From Candidatus Latescibacterota bacterium (GTDB lineage: Bacteria > Latescibacterota > UBA2968 > UBA8231), in contig OZ252098.1 of NCBI GenBank assembly GCA_965248355.1, positions 3,648,001 through 3,712,000 on the forward strand: 64,000 nt of DNA, read 5' to 3'. Below the pieces are notes generated by a model. It saw nothing but the letters and a program-made list of their open reading frames with translations, had not been told where the DNA came from and did no database searches. Below are positions 18,563-30,269 of this stretch, piece by piece. Position numbers and translations under genes: made by a program. Numbering within the stretch: the first letter of the stretch is position 1; every line of letters begins with the position of its first letter.

Positions 18563-19816
18563 TCAGAAGGACAGCCCAAGGTAGGCGTGGCCGCGCGCCG
18601 GCCAGGCCGGGTGGTAGGCGAACCAGGTCCTGCTGATCGACAAGTGCTTGACAACAAACAGCAATCCATCCCGCGAAGAGCTGGGCGGCGTGCTCTCCAG
18701 ATGGTGGGCCATGTACCTGAAGAAGCCGTCGGACCGGATGGTCCCTCCCGAGGTTCTATGGTGGATGTTACCATCGAAGTCGTCGTACTCGCCTCGCCGG
18801 AAGGAGATCGTTTCGAGGATCGAGACCTCGAATCCTCTCTTGTCGTCGTCGGCACGGCTGGTGGCCTGGACACCCTCTATCTGGGGGCGGTAGGTCTCCC
18901 TGGAGAACGTCACTCTTCCGATGGCGAGTTGGAGGGCATCGGAGCGCCAGTCCACGGCGAGGCTGCCCGACCATCCGTGCCGTCTGTTCGCCGGCAAGGG
19001 ATCGGGCTCCAGGGCAACGATATAGGCGATTCTTGGTCCGCGATTGTGCCAGGCGATGCCGTATCCGATGTCCAGCCGGGGCCGGAGATGCTGACTCAGG
19101 GCAAGCTCCCGCCCGGTGAACCGTTGCAGAATCCCGGCCACTGGTGCCACCGCCATGAGACCGAAGTCGTAGGCCCTGACTGACTCTTTGGTCTGGCCGA
19201 GATCGGACGAGATCCACTTCGAGGTCGCACCGACCCCCACCTCCAGGAAGGATCTCAAGGCCATGCTGACGCCGAGATTGTTGGAGGCGTCTGTGGCGTG
19301 GAAAGTACCTGCTGCATTGCCCACATCACCAATGCGGTTCCGTTGTCCAAGATCGATCTTGGTGCGGTATCCGTACAATGCGGCTGAGAGGCTCGTAGGA
19401 CCCCTCCAGGAGAGGGCGGGCAGCTCGCACCCCGCCGCAGCCTGGAGGGCATGGTAGCCGTAGCTCATGTCATCGGCCAAGGCGGGAAGCCACGGCATCT
19501 CGCTCAGGTAGAGGCGGCTCTGCACCGTCCGCCCCGCAGAGGACAGGGCCGCCGCTCCGGGATTGTAGTAGCCCGCCGGTTCGTCGGGCAGGGCGACTCC
19601 CGCCTGGCCCATCCCGTTGACGCGCACGGAAGGGGAGATCAGCAGGAACAGCGCCGCGGCCCTGCTCTCCGGAGTCGCATCGACCGATTCACCCTTCGCG
19701 AGCAGAAGGGTCAGGGCCAGTGCGAATACCCCGAGGAGCCGCGATCTGCACGCCTCGAGGGTGAAGAAGCCCCGCCGGGCGGCCAGCTGATCGATGTCGT
19801 CATGGATTCGTCCCAT
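18563..19816 (-). CDS. PorV/PorQ-family outer-membrane protein (T9SS shuttle-like)
   Basis: AAALFLLISPSVRVNGMGQAGVAL..YYNPGA and WLPALADDM hallmark motifs. Terminal LSF. Confidence 0.75.
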   Translation of the reverse strand: MGRIHDDIDQLAARRGFFTLEACRSRLLGVFALALTLLLAKGESVDATPESRAAALFLLISPSVRVNGMGQAGVALPDEPAGYYNPGAAALSSAGRTVQSRLYLSEMPWLPALADDMSYGYHALQAAAGCELPALSWRGPTSLSAALYGYRTKIDLGQRNRIGDVGNAAGTFHATDASNNLGVSMALRSFLEVGVGATSKWISSDLGQTKESVRAYDFGLMAVAPVAGILQRFTGRELALSQHLRPRLDIGYGIAWHNRGPRIAYIVALEPDPLPANRRHGWSGSLAVDWRSDALQLAIGRVTFSRETYRPQIEGVQATSRADDDKRGFEVSILETISFRRGEYDDFDGNIHHRTSGGTIRSDGFFRYMAHHLESTPPSSSRDGLLFVVKHLSISRTWFAYHPAWPARGHAYLGLSF

Positions 19817-19926
19817 TCCCTCTCCTTCATTCGAGGCCCTCCTTGAGAATCTCAGGGGCCGCGTCAGGATCCGGCTCAGAGCTCTCCTTCAGCAGTCGGA
19901 CTCGCTCGTCGTCCCCCTCGAAGCCT

Positions 19927-21081
19927 TCAACCTCGAAGCGACCCCTCCAGATCCCCAATCGCCAGCGCCCGGATTCCCTCGGCCATTTCGAAGCTCCTGG
20001 GTCCCGCATGGACCACGTCGAGCCGATCCAGGCGCAAGTCTTCGCGGGCGATGTGCATGCTCCGGGTCGAGCGCGGCGCCGTCGTGAGCTTCACCTCGAA
20101 TCCGAGCCGTTGACCGCCCTGGAGGACGAGCAGGTCCAGCTCCGCCCCGGCGTGGGTGGCCCAGAAGTAGCACTCTTCGGGAGCCGCATCCACCAGGCGG
20201 ATCACCTGATCGATCACGAAGCCCTCCCAGGATGCGCCCACCTTGGGATGGCCCTCCAGATCCCGCTGCGAGGGCAGGTTCAGCAGCGCGTGCAGCAGGC
20301 CGCTGTCCCTCAAGTAGACGCGGGGCGACTTGACCTGCCGCTTCGAGATGTTCTCGTGCCAGGGCTGCAGTTGCCGCACCACCAGTGCCGAATCGAGATG
20401 TTCGAGGTAGGATCGGACCGTGGTATCGGCCACGCCGAAGGAGCGGGCGAACTCGGACGCGTTCCACACCTGTCCGTGGTAATGGGCGAGCATGCTCCAG
20501 AACCGGCGCATGGTGCGCGCGCTCACGTTGACCCCGAGCTGAGGCAGGTCGCGTTCCAGGAAGGTGCGCACGAACTCCCGGCGCCACTCGAAGCTCTGCC
20601 GTTCGCCGCGCACCAGATAGGACCGCGGGAATCCGCCGCGCCGCCAGAGCCGCTCGGGGGTCTCGTGGCCGGTTTCGTCCAGGGCGAACCCGCCCAGCTC
20701 ACGATAGGCGATGCGTCCGGCGAGGGTCTCGGACGACTGGTGAAGCAGCTCGGGGGAAGCACTGCCCAGAATCAGGAACCTGGCCGGCGCGCCCGGCCGG
20801 TCCGCGAGCACGCGCAGGGCCCGGAAGAGCTGCGGGACGCGCTGGATCTCGTCGAGCACGACCAGACCCCGCAGGGGTCGCAGCGCCCGAAGCGGGTCGG
20901 CCAGCCGCGCCAGATCGGCCTCGTCCTCGAGATCGAATCGCTCGACGGGCCCCTCCCAGGCTGAAGCGATGAGCCCCGCCAGGGTGCTCTTGCCCACCTG
21001 GCGGGCGCCGATGATGGCGGCCACCGGGTGGTCTCGCAGCAGTGCGAGCAGTCTCTCCAGTTCTCGATCGCGGCCGTTCAC
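19927..21081 (-). CDS. AAA_14 ATPase with DUF4143 domain
   Basis: GARQVGKST, LDEIQR, LGSAS, SETLAGR, RGGFP, KSPRVYLRDSGL and ELDL..GFEVK. Confidence 0.92.
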   Translation of the reverse strand: MNGRDRELERLLALLRDHPVAAIIGARQVGKSTLAGLIASAWEGPVERFDLEDEADLARLADPLRALRPLRGLVVLDEIQRVPQLFRALRVLADRPGAPARFLILGSASPELLHQSSETLAGRIAYRELGGFALDETGHETPERLWRRGGFPRSYLVRGERQSFEWRREFVRTFLERDLPQLGVNVSARTMRRFWSMLAHYHGQVWNASEFARSFGVADTTVRSYLEHLDSALVVRQLQPWHENISKRQVKSPRVYLRDSGLLHALLNLPSQRDLEGHPKVGASWEGFVIDQVIRLVDAAPEECYFWATHAGAELDLLVLQGGQRLGFEVKLTTAPRSTRSMHIAREDLRLDRLDVVHAGPRSFEMAEGIRALAIGDLEGSLRG

Positions 21082-21170
21082 GCAGGTAATTTACATAGAC
21101 ATCTCTGTGTGTGCCACAGAATTTTCAAGGAAGACTGCAAGGGGCCCTCAGGGCTGCTCGTGAACAGGAA

Positions 21171-21198
21171 GAGCCGGACCCCAAAAGGGATCCGGCTC
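21171..21198 (-). terminator. Putative intrinsic terminator after the sigma factor gene
   Basis: Minus strand GAGCCGGATCCC-TTTT-GGGGTCCGGCTC followed by TTCCTGTT. Confidence 0.55.
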
Positions 21199-21233
21199 TC
21201 GTCGCGGCGTTCGGGGAAGCGGCGGACGCCGCT

Positions 21234-22109
21234 TTAGAACACCTCCGTCTTCTCGTCGCAGATCGCCATGAGCGCGTGGTAGCGCTCCGGGTGGCGCAGC
21301 TTGCCCAGGGCGCGCTCCTTGAGCTGGCGGACGCGCTCGCGGGTCAGGTTCATCAGGCGGCCGATCTGCTCCAGGGTCATGGCCTCGGCGCCGTCGAGCC
21401 CGAAGTAGAGGCGGATGATCTTGAACTCGCGCTCGTCCAGGACCTCCAGCACGTTCTCCAGCTGTCGGCGGGCGGTCTCCTCCATCACGTCGCCGTCGGG
21501 CGGGGCCTGGTCGTCGTCGCGCAGGACGTTCATCAGGCTGCGTTCGTCGTCCTCCTCGAAGCTCTCGTCGAGGGAGCGGACCGAGCGGGCGCTCAGGATC
21601 GTATCCTGCACCTCCTGGGGAGAGACCTGCAGCTCGGCGGCGATCTCCTCGATCTCGGGCTCGGTGTCGCGGCCCTGGCCGAGCCTGTGGGACGCCCGGG
21701 AGATGTCCTTGAGCAGGCTCAGCTTGTTCAGGGGCAGGCGCACCGTGCGGGCGTGGTCGGCGATGGTCTGCAGGATCGACTGCTTGATCCACCACACGGC
21801 GTAGGAGATGAACTTGAAGCCTTTGGCGCCGTCGAAGCGCTGGGCAGCCGTCATCAGGCCCACGTTCCCGGCGCTGATCAGATCGGCCAGCGACAGGCCG
21901 CGGTTCTGGTAGTTCTTGGCCACGTCGATGACGAAGCGCAGGTTGGCCTGCACGAGCTCGTCGCGGGCTTCCATGTCGCCGGCGTGGATCCGGGCCGACA
22001 GCGCCACCTCTTCCTCCCGGGACAGCGGGGTGGAATCGGCGATGTCGTCGAAGTAGAGCCTGAGAGTGCTCTCTTCCTTGTTCAGGACCTCGTGAAGAGG
22101 GTAAGCCAT
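21234..22109 (-). CDS. RNA polymerase sigma factor, RpoD/SigA family lacking region 1.1
   Basis: LVQANLRFVI, DLISAGNVGLM, KFISYAVWWIKQSI, TVRLPLN and TLEQIG..LTRERVRQLKERAL. RBS AAGGAG. Confidence 0.93.
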   Translation of the reverse strand: MAYPLHEVLNKEESTLRLYFDDIADSTPLSREEEVALSARIHAGDMEARDELVQANLRFVIDVAKNYQNRGLSLADLISAGNVGLMTAAQRFDGAKGFKFISYAVWWIKQSILQTIADHARTVRLPLNKLSLLKDISRASHRLGQGRDTEPEIEEIAAELQVSPQEVQDTILSARSVRSLDESFEEDDERSLMNVLRDDDQAPPDGDVMEETARRQLENVLEVLDEREFKIIRLYFGLDGAEAMTLEQIGRLMNLTRERVRQLKERALGKLRHPERYHALMAICDEKTEVF

Positions 22110-22164
22110 CAACTACTCCTTGGTTCGGTTAGGGACTCTTTTCCAGCCGGGGCCGCCGACGCGC

Positions 22165-22701
22165 TCACGGCTCGACCCACCGTACGCGGCCCACCAGCAG
22201 GGCCTGCATCTCTTCGGCCGTTTCCGCGCGCTCCATGGTCGACAGGAAGTCCCCGTCGCCGAAAACGCGGGCCAGCGCCCCGAGTAGCCTCAGGTAGAGG
22301 TCGGGGGCATCGACGGGCGCGGCGATCAGGCAGATCATGGCGACCTCGTGTCGGTCATCCCCGGAGGGGAACTCGATAGGCGCCCGTGTGCGGGCCAGGG
22401 CCAGGCCCAGGCGGCGCACCATGCGGCCGCGGGCGTGGGGCAGCGCGATGCGGCCGTCCGCCAGGACCGTGCTGCTCAGGTTCTCGCGCTCCAGGACCGC
22501 CTGCATGAAGGCCAAGCTGTCCTCGACCACCTCCTGCGAGCGGAGGCAGTCGGCGAGCTCCTTGATGGCCGCGATCTTGCTGTCCGCGGCCAGATCGGGG
22601 ATCATCGCGGTGGGGCGGGAGACGATCTCCGCCACCTCACCGGCAGCCGCGAGCGCAATTTCTGCGCCTACCCCCCGGCCATTGGTCAGCGTGCTGTACA
22701 T
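22165..22701 (-). CDS. PTS IIA (fructose/mannitol/Ntr class) domain protein, PtsN-like
   Basis: VLERENLSST..GRIALPHARG with the phospho-His; YLRLLGALAR. Confidence 0.85.
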   Translation of the reverse strand: MYSTLTNGRGVGAEIALAAAGEVAEIVSRPTAMIPDLAADSKIAAIKELADCLRSQEVVEDSLAFMQAVLERENLSSTVLADGRIALPHARGRMVRRLGLALARTRAPIEFPSGDDRHEVAMICLIAAPVDAPDLYLRLLGALARVFGDGDFLSTMERAETAEEMQALLVGRVRWVEP

Positions 22702-22891
22702 CTACCCGTAAGTCGTTGTTTTACAGGAAGTTTCAAGGGAATCCCACGCTTCCGGACCGAGGCTGCAATTTTTGCGCTCCCGGGCCAATGCCCGGAACCG
22801 CCCGGGGACTTCTCTCTCGCCGGTCCCACCGGTAAGGTCCGGCCAGGCCCGGCATCTCAGGGCGGCGGAAGTACCGCCCGCAGTGTCATGC

Positions 22892-22906
22892 GCAAAGTCG
22901 GTGCCA
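22892..22906 (-). promoter_or_regulatory. sigma54 (-24/-12) promoter
   Basis: Minus strand TGGCAC-CGACT-TTGC with exact GG-N10-GC spacing. An IHF-like TATCAAGCTGTTT lies at ~22926. Confidence 0.7.
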
Positions 22907-23024
22907 AAGGCCCTGCACACCCACGTATCAAGCTGTTTTGATTGAGGTTGCCGAAATTAGAGGAACTGCCGAACGGCCCTCGGCGGCCAGCGCGGGGCAC
23001 CGGGGCGCAATCCTTGCAGCGGAT

Positions 23025-24409
<1,385 letters not shown>

Positions 24410-24413
<4 letters not shown>

Positions 24414-25501
24414 ACGGAGGTGCAGGTGGGCAGGAGGAGAGAGACGGTGGTGCCGCGTCCGGGAGAGCTGGCCAGATGCAGGCTGCCGCCGTGCTGCCGG
24501 AGGATGCCCTGGGCCATGGACAGCCCCAGGCCGGTGCCGCTGTCCTTGGTAGTATAGTAGTACTCGAAAACCCTCTCCAGGTCCTCGGGCGCCACCCCGC
24601 AGCCATTGTCCTTCACCAGGATCCGCACCTCCTCCGCCTCCACTTCCGCCTCCTCCAGGATCACCTCCACGAGGGGGTCTTCGCCGGTCTCTTCCACGGC
24701 CTGAAAGGCGTTGATCAGCACGTTCAGCAGCGCCTGGCTGAGCATGTTCTCGTCGGCCCGCACCAGGGGCCCCTGCCCGGGCCGGGTCAGCTCGAGGCGG
24801 ATGCCGCGCTCCCGGGCCTCGGGGGCGACCAGATCGTGCATACGCTGCACGAGGAGGCCCGGCTCGGTCGGGGCGAGGCGCACCGCGGGCGGGCGCGAGA
24901 ACCGAAGGAAGTTCTGCACGATGCCGTCGAGACGGCGCACCTCGGCCCGGGCCCGGGCGACGCGCTCCCGCACCCGGCCGGCGGCCGGCTCCCCGAGAGA
25001 CTCGGCGTCCCGGACCAGCAGCTGCAGCTGGATGTCGACGGCGCCGAGGGGGTTGCGCACCTCGTGCGCCACCGACCCGGCGAGGCGCCCGAGGGCGGCC
25101 ATGCGCTCCGCCTGCCACAGGTGGCGATCGGCATTGGGGTCCCCCGACGCCTCCCGCAGGATGAGCAGGCATCCCCCGTCGAAGGGGGTCACCCAGGCCT
25201 GCAGCCGCCGGCCGTCGCAGGGCACGTCGGCGGCCGTGCGCGGGCTCCGGCTGCGGCAGGCGAGGCCGACCAGGTTCGCCAGAGGGGGAATCCGCTCGAG
25301 GGCGGCGCTGCGGCTCGCTCCGGCCTCGACGGACCGGCCGAGGAGCGCCGCGGCCTCGGCATTGGCGAAGCAGACGGCGTCCCCGCCGTCGAAGATCACG
25401 ACGGCATCCGGGATCGCCCGCAGGGCCTCCCAGGCCAGGCGGGACCGCCCATCGTTCGATTGACACCGGTCCGTGGAACCGGTAGGCTCGCGCTCACTCA
25501 T
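24410..25501 (-). CDS. Cytoplasmic PAS sensor histidine kinase (start uncertain)
   Basis: PAS (IPDAVVIFD..FANAEA), H-box VAHEVRNPL, N-box NVLINAFQA, G-boxes DNGCG and GTGLGLS. Confidence 0.88.
25460..25488 (+). promoter_or_regulatory. Putative sigma70 promoter of the menaquinone operon
   Basis: TTGACA-N17-TAGGCT immediately upstream of the menG ATGs at 25500/25506. Confidence 0.6.
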
Positions 25502-26264
25502 GCAGATGTCCACGGAAAGGGCCGAGGTGAACAAGCGCAAGCGCGCGGTCCGGGAGATGTTCAACGCCATCGCCCACCGGTACGACTTGCTCAACCACCT
25601 GCTGAGCGCCGGCATCGACATCTACTGGCGGCGGCGCGCCCTGTCCCTGGTGCGCCACGAGGCCCCCCGGTGCCTGCTCGACGTGGCCACCGGCACCGGC
25701 GATCTCGCCATCGCCGCGCGGCGGCTTGGGGCCGAGCGCATCGTGGCCGCCGACGTGGCCCTCGAGATGGTCCGCCTGGCCGTGCCCAAGGCGGCGGCCG
25801 GCCGCGGCGCCCCCATCCACTGGCTGGGCGGCGACGCCGAGCGCCTGCCCTTCGCCGCCGGCACCTTCGACCTCGTCACCGCGGCCTTCGGCGTGCGCAA
25901 CTTCGGTGACATCCCCACCGGTCTCGCGGAGGCCCGCCGCGTCCTGCGTCCCGGCGGCGAGCTGCTCGTCCTCGACTTCACCGAGCCCACCGTCTTCGGC
26001 TTCCGCCACCTCTATCGGCTGTATTTCCGCCACCTGCTCCCCGTCGTGGGGGGCCTGATCTCCGGCAACCGCAAGGCCTACGCCTACCTGCCGCGCTCCG
26101 TGGGCGATTTCCCCCAGGGCCGGGCCTTCCTCGCGCTCATGGAGGAGGCCGGCTTCGAGGACAACCGGCACGTGCCCCTGACCCTCGGAATCAGCGCCGT
26201 GTACCAGGGGCGGGTGCCCCGGGACGGGGTTGTCGCGCCCCGGGGGCAGGGGTATGTTGGGTAG
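25500..26264 (+). CDS. menG: Demethylmenaquinone methyltransferase
   Basis: VREMFNAIAHRYDLLNHLLSAGID..WRR, LDVATGTGD, AFGVRN, AYAYLPRSV..FP. Confidence 0.92.
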   Translation: MQMSTERAEVNKRKRAVREMFNAIAHRYDLLNHLLSAGIDIYWRRRALSLVRHEAPRCLLDVATGTGDLAIAARRLGAERIVAADVALEMVRLAVPKAAAGRGAPIHWLGGDAERLPFAAGTFDLVTAAFGVRNFGDIPTGLAEARRVLRPGGELLVLDFTEPTVFGFRHLYRLYFRHLLPVVGGLISGNRKAYAYLPRSVGDFPQGRAFLALMEEAGFEDNRHVPLTLGISAVYQGRVPRDGVVAPRGQGYVG

Positions 26265-26297
26265 CACGACCCCGATACGAGTTGCTGCGGAATCCAC

Positions 26298-27425
26298 TTG
26301 ATCCTCCAAGAGCAGATCGAGCGCGCCGGTCTGGCCGGCGTCCACGCCAAGGTCCTCGACGGCCAGCGCCTGTCGGCGGACGACGGGTTGCTCCTGTACG
26401 AGTGCCCCCACCTGCCCGTCCTCGGGTACCTGGCCAACCTCGTGCGCGAGGCCAGGCACGGGGATCTCACCTACTACGTGCGCAACCAGCACATCAACTA
26501 CACCAACATCTGCAACAAGCTGTGCAAGTTCTGCTCCTTCTACGTCAAGCCGAAGGACGACCGGGGCTACGTTCTGGATCCCGAGCAGGTGGCCCGGCGC
26601 GTGCGCGACTACGCCGATGCGCCGATCACCGAGATCCACGTGGTGGGAGGGGTCAACCCCAAGCTGCCCTACCAGTACTACCTCGACCTGCTGCGGGCCA
26701 TGAAGGCGGCGCGGCCGGAGGCCCACCTCAAGGCTTTCACCATGATCGAGATGGCCCAGATCCAGAGGGTGGCGCGCAAGCCCATGGAGGAGGTCTTCGC
26801 CGATCTGCGCGAGGCCGGGCTGGAGTCGTTGCCCGGCGGCGGTGCCGAGGTGTTCTCGGAGCGCGTCCACGAGGACCTGTTCTGGACCAAGGCCGACTCC
26901 GAGGACTGGCTGGAGATCGCCGCCGCCGGCCACCGCAGCGGCCTGCCCTCCAACGCCACCATGCTCTACGGCCACGTGGAGAACACGGAGGAGAAGGTCT
27001 ACCACCTGGCGAGACTGCGGGAGGTCCAGGACGAGACCGGCGGATTCCTGTGCTACATCCCCCTCTCCTTCCATCCCGAGCGCACCGAGATCGACCACCT
27101 GCCCGGCCCCACGGGGCAGCTCGACCTGCGCGAGATCGCCGTGGGCCGCCTGATGCTCGACAACTTCCCCCACATCAAGACCTTCTGGATCATGAACACC
27201 ATCGAGATCTCCCAGGTCGCCCTCTGGTACGGCGCCGACGATCTCGACGGCACGGTGATGGACTACGAGATCACCCGCGAGAGCATCGAGGCCACCCGCC
27301 AGCGGCTGACGCAGCGGGAGTTGCTGGGCCGGATCGTGGAGGCGGGCCGCAAGCCGGTGGAGCGCGACAGCCTGTACCACGTGGTGGCCGGGACCGAGGA
27401 GCTGCTGGGCGAGGCCGCGGGATGA
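26298..27425 (+). CDS. mqnE: Aminofutalosine synthase (radical SAM)
   Basis: NQHINYTNICNKLCKFCSF, EIHVVGG, HLKAFT, SLPGGGAEVF, SNATMLYGH, RLMLDNFPHIKTFW. Operon context. Confidence 0.9.
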   Translation: MILQEQIERAGLAGVHAKVLDGQRLSADDGLLLYECPHLPVLGYLANLVREARHGDLTYYVRNQHINYTNICNKLCKFCSFYVKPKDDRGYVLDPEQVARRVRDYADAPITEIHVVGGVNPKLPYQYYLDLLRAMKAARPEAHLKAFTMIEMAQIQRVARKPMEEVFADLREAGLESLPGGGAEVFSERVHEDLFWTKADSEDWLEIAAAGHRSGLPSNATMLYGHVENTEEKVYHLARLREVQDETGGFLCYIPLSFHPERTEIDHLPGPTGQLDLREIAVGRLMLDNFPHIKTFWIMNTIEISQVALWYGADDLDGTVMDYEITRESIEATRQRLTQRELLGRIVEAGRKPVERDSLYHVVAGTEELLGEAAG

Positions 27426-28579
27426 GCGGATCCAGGGGCATCGCGGACATCGCCGAGAAGGCCGGCCAGGGCCGCCGCCTGACGGTCGACGACGCCCGCC
27501 GGCTCCTGGCGCATCCGAACGTGGCGGAGCTCGGCGTGCTGGCCCACGCCGTGCGGATGCGGAAGCATCCGGAGCCCGTGGTCACCTACAACGTGGGCCG
27601 CAACATCAACTACACCAACGTCTGCTGGGTGAGGTGCGATTTCTGCGCCTTCTACCGGCCCCCCGGGTCCGACGAGGGGTACACCCTGCCCCACGAGGAG
27701 ATCTTCGCCAAGATCGACGAGCTCGTGGCCTTCGGCGGCGACGAGCCCAAGTCCAACGAGATCCTCATGCAGGGGGGGCTCAACCCCAGGCTGCGCCTCG
27801 ACTACTACCAGGACCTGCTCAGCCGGATCCGCGACCGCTACCCCTCGGTGCAGCTGCACTGCCTGTCGGCCACCGAGATCATCTACATCGCCCACCTGTC
27901 GAAGCTCTCCCTGGAGGAGACGATCCGCAGGCTGCGCGACGCCGGCCTCGACTCGATCCCCGGGGCCGGCGCCGAGATCCTGGTGGACGAGGTGCGCGAC
28001 GTCATCGGCTTCCGCAAGGACCGCACCCACGAGTGGCTGGACGTGCACCGCGCCGCCCACGGCCTCGGCATGCGCACCACGGCGACGATGATGTACGGGC
28101 ACGTGGAGAACGCCGGGCACCGCCTCGAGCACCTGCGCCTGCTGCGCGACCTGCAGGACGAGACCGGCGGCTTCACCGCCTTCATCGCCTGGAACTTCCA
28201 GCCCGACAAGACCGACCTGGGCGCGGACGAGTCCCGCTGGAACGGGGTCAAGGCCAGCGGCTACGATCACCTGCGGACGGTGGCCGTGAGCCGCCTCTTC
28301 CTCGACAACTTCGACCACTTCCAGGCCTCCTGGGTCACCCAGGGGCCGCGGATCGCGCAGGTCAGCCTGCGCTACGGGATCGATGATTTCGGCAGCACCA
28401 TGCTCGAGGAGAACGTGGTCAGCGCCGCCGGCACGAGCCACACCAACGAGATGGACCTGGCGAACATGGAGCGGTTGATCCGCGATGCCGGGTTCGACCC
28501 GGTGCGGCGGAACACGCGCTACGAGAGGGTGGCCACGAGCCCCCGGATGCAGGCCCTGCGGCAAGCCGCCGCTTCATGA
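27422..28579 (+). CDS. mqnC: Cyclic dehypoxanthinyl futalosine synthase (radical SAM)
   Basis: RNINYTNVCWVRCDFCAFYR, ILMQGG, SIPGAGAEIL, TTATMMYGH, QASWVTQG, DFGSTMLEENVV. Confidence 0.92.
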   Translation: MSGSRGIADIAEKAGQGRRLTVDDARRLLAHPNVAELGVLAHAVRMRKHPEPVVTYNVGRNINYTNVCWVRCDFCAFYRPPGSDEGYTLPHEEIFAKIDELVAFGGDEPKSNEILMQGGLNPRLRLDYYQDLLSRIRDRYPSVQLHCLSATEIIYIAHLSKLSLEETIRRLRDAGLDSIPGAGAEILVDEVRDVIGFRKDRTHEWLDVHRAAHGLGMRTTATMMYGHVENAGHRLEHLRLLRDLQDETGGFTAFIAWNFQPDKTDLGADESRWNGVKASGYDHLRTVAVSRLFLDNFDHFQASWVTQGPRIAQVSLRYGIDDFGSTMLEENVVSAAGTSHTNEMDLANMERLIRDAGFDPVRRNTRYERVATSPRMQALRQAAAS

Positions 28580-29385
28580 GCGCCCCCCGCCGCGTCCGCC
28601 TCGGCGCGGTGAGCTATCTCAACGCCCGCCCCCTCACCTACGGTCTGAACCGGGACGACCTCTTCGAGCTGGGCTACGGCGTGCCCTCGGCCTGCGCCGA
28701 CGATCTGGCCGCCGGCCGCATCGATGTCGGTCTGATCCCGGCGGTGGAATACGTCCGCCGGGGCCCCGCGCTCCGGATCGTGCCCGGCCTGGCCATCGGC
28801 TCCGAGGGCGAGGTCCTGACCGTGCGCCTGTTCTACCGCGGGCGGCTGGACGGCGTGCGCCGCGTCGCCGCCGACACCGGTTCCCGCACCTCGGTGGTGC
28901 TGTTGCGGATCCTGCTCCGCGAGCGGTACGGCGTCGACCCCGAGATCGCCCCCGCGCCCCCGGACCTCGACGCCATGCTCCACGGCGCCGACGCCGCCCT
29001 GCTGATCGGAGATCCGGTGCTGCCCCTGGCCGGCACCGCGGACGCCGCCGGCCGCTCCAGCCTGGACCTGGGCCGGGAATGGCACGAGCTTACCGGCCGG
29101 CCCTGCGTCTTCGCCTTCTGGGCGGGACGGGAGAAGGCGGTCGGCGCGGAGCACGTGGCCCGCCTGCAACAGGCCCGCCGCGAAGGAGTTGCGCACATGG
29201 CCGAGATCGCCGCCGGCTTCCAGATGGAACGGGCCGGCTCCGCCGAGCTCTACGAAGGCTACCTCCGCGACCACATCCGCTACGACCTCGGGCCTTCCCA
29301 GGTCGCCGGACTCACCGAGTTCTACCGCCGCGCCCACGGGCACGGGCTGATCGAGTCCATCCCCGAGCTGCGCTTCTACAGATGA
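28576..29385 (+). CDS. mqnA: Chorismate dehydratase
   Basis: [43 protein letters not shown]. Confidence 0.92.
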   Translation: MSAPRRVRLGAVSYLNARPLTYGLNRDDLFELGYGVPSACADDLAAGRIDVGLIPAVEYVRRGPALRIVPGLAIGSEGEVLTVRLFYRGRLDGVRRVAADTGSRTSVVLLRILLRERYGVDPEIAPAPPDLDAMLHGADAALLIGDPVLPLAGTADAAGRSSLDLGREWHELTGRPCVFAFWAGREKAVGAEHVARLQQARREGVAHMAEIAAGFQMERAGSAELYEGYLRDHIRYDLGPSQVAGLTEFYRRAHGHGLIESIPELRFYR

Positions 29386-30269
29386 ACGTCCTGTCGCCGG
29401 TCCTCCTCTACGGCCGGCTGATCAAGTTCACCCACAGCATCTTCGCCCTGCCCTTCGCCCTCAGCGGCGCGGCCCTGGCCGCCGCCGCCACCGGCGTCCA
29501 TCCGCGGCAGCTTCTGTGGATCGTGGTCGCCATGGTGGCGGCGCGGTCGGCGGCCATGGGCTTCAACCGCATCGTGGACCGCCGCATCGACGCGGCCAAC
29601 CCGCGCACCGCGCGGCGGGAGCTGGCCACCGGGGCGCTGTCAACGGAAGCCGCCGCCGCCTTCGTCGTCCTCTCCTCGGCGCTGTTCGTATGGGCCGCCT
29701 GGCAGCTGAACCCGCTCTGCCTGGCCCTGTCGCCGGTGGCCCTCGCCGTGATCTTCGGCTACTCCTACACCAAGCGTTTCACCTGGGCCTCCCACCTGTT
29801 CCTCGGGGCCAGCCTCGCCCTGGCGCCCCTTGGGGCGTGGATCGCCGTGGCCGGCGGCTTCGACCTGCCTCCGGTCCTTCTCGGCCTGTCGGTGCTGTCC
29901 TGGGTGGCCGGGTTCGACGTGCTCTACGCCTGCCAGGACCACGACTTCGACCGCGGGGCCGGGCTGCACTCGATCCCGGTGCGCTTCGGCCTGGCCGGGG
30001 CGCTGCGACTGGCGCGGCTCTTCCACCTGCTCGCGGTGCTCTTCATGGCCTGGGTCGGCCTGGCCGCCGGACTGCACGCCGTCTACTTCGCCGGCGTCGC
30101 CGCCATCGCCGCCCTGCTCGCCTGGGAGCACCGCCTGGTGAAGGCCGACGACCTGACGAAGGTGAACACCGCCTTCCTGACCATGAACAGTCTCGTCAGC
30201 GTCGCCTATTTCTCCTTCACCCTGGGCGATCTGCTGATCCTGGGCGAGCCTCCGCGCCTCCTGCCATGA
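29382..30269 (+). CDS. mqnP: UbiA-family polyprenyltransferase of the futalosine pathway
   Basis: [55 protein letters not shown]. Confidence 0.88.
   Translation: MNVLSPVLLYGRLIKFTHSIFALPFALSGAALAAAATGVHPRQLLWIVVAMVAARSAAMGFNRIVDRRIDAANPRTARRELATGALSTEAAAAFVVLSSALFVWAAWQLNPLCLALSPVALAVIFGYSYTKRFTWASHLFLGASLALAPLGAWIAVAGGFDLPPVLLGLSVLSWVAGFDVLYACQDHDFDRGAGLHSIPVRFGLAGALRLARLFHLLAVLFMAWVGLAAGLHAVYFAGVAAIAALLAWEHRLVKADDLTKVNTAFLTMNSLVSVAYFSFTLGDLLILGEPPRLLP

Noticed and set aside
19827..19926. Possible gene-tail remnant (..RLLKESSEPDPDAAPEILKEGLE-stop) before the porV-like gene
   Set aside because: Too short and has no recognisable motif.
26282..28579. 765-aa ORF as an MqnE-MqnC fusion
   Set aside because: The upstream part is an alternate Arg/Pro-rich frame. 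mqnC starts at the ATG at 27422, overlapping the mqnE stop.
26298..28579. CofG/CofH (F420) or RiPP radical SAM enzymes
   Set aside because: Motifs and adjacency to mqnA, mqnP, menG and ubiX indicate the futalosine pathway.
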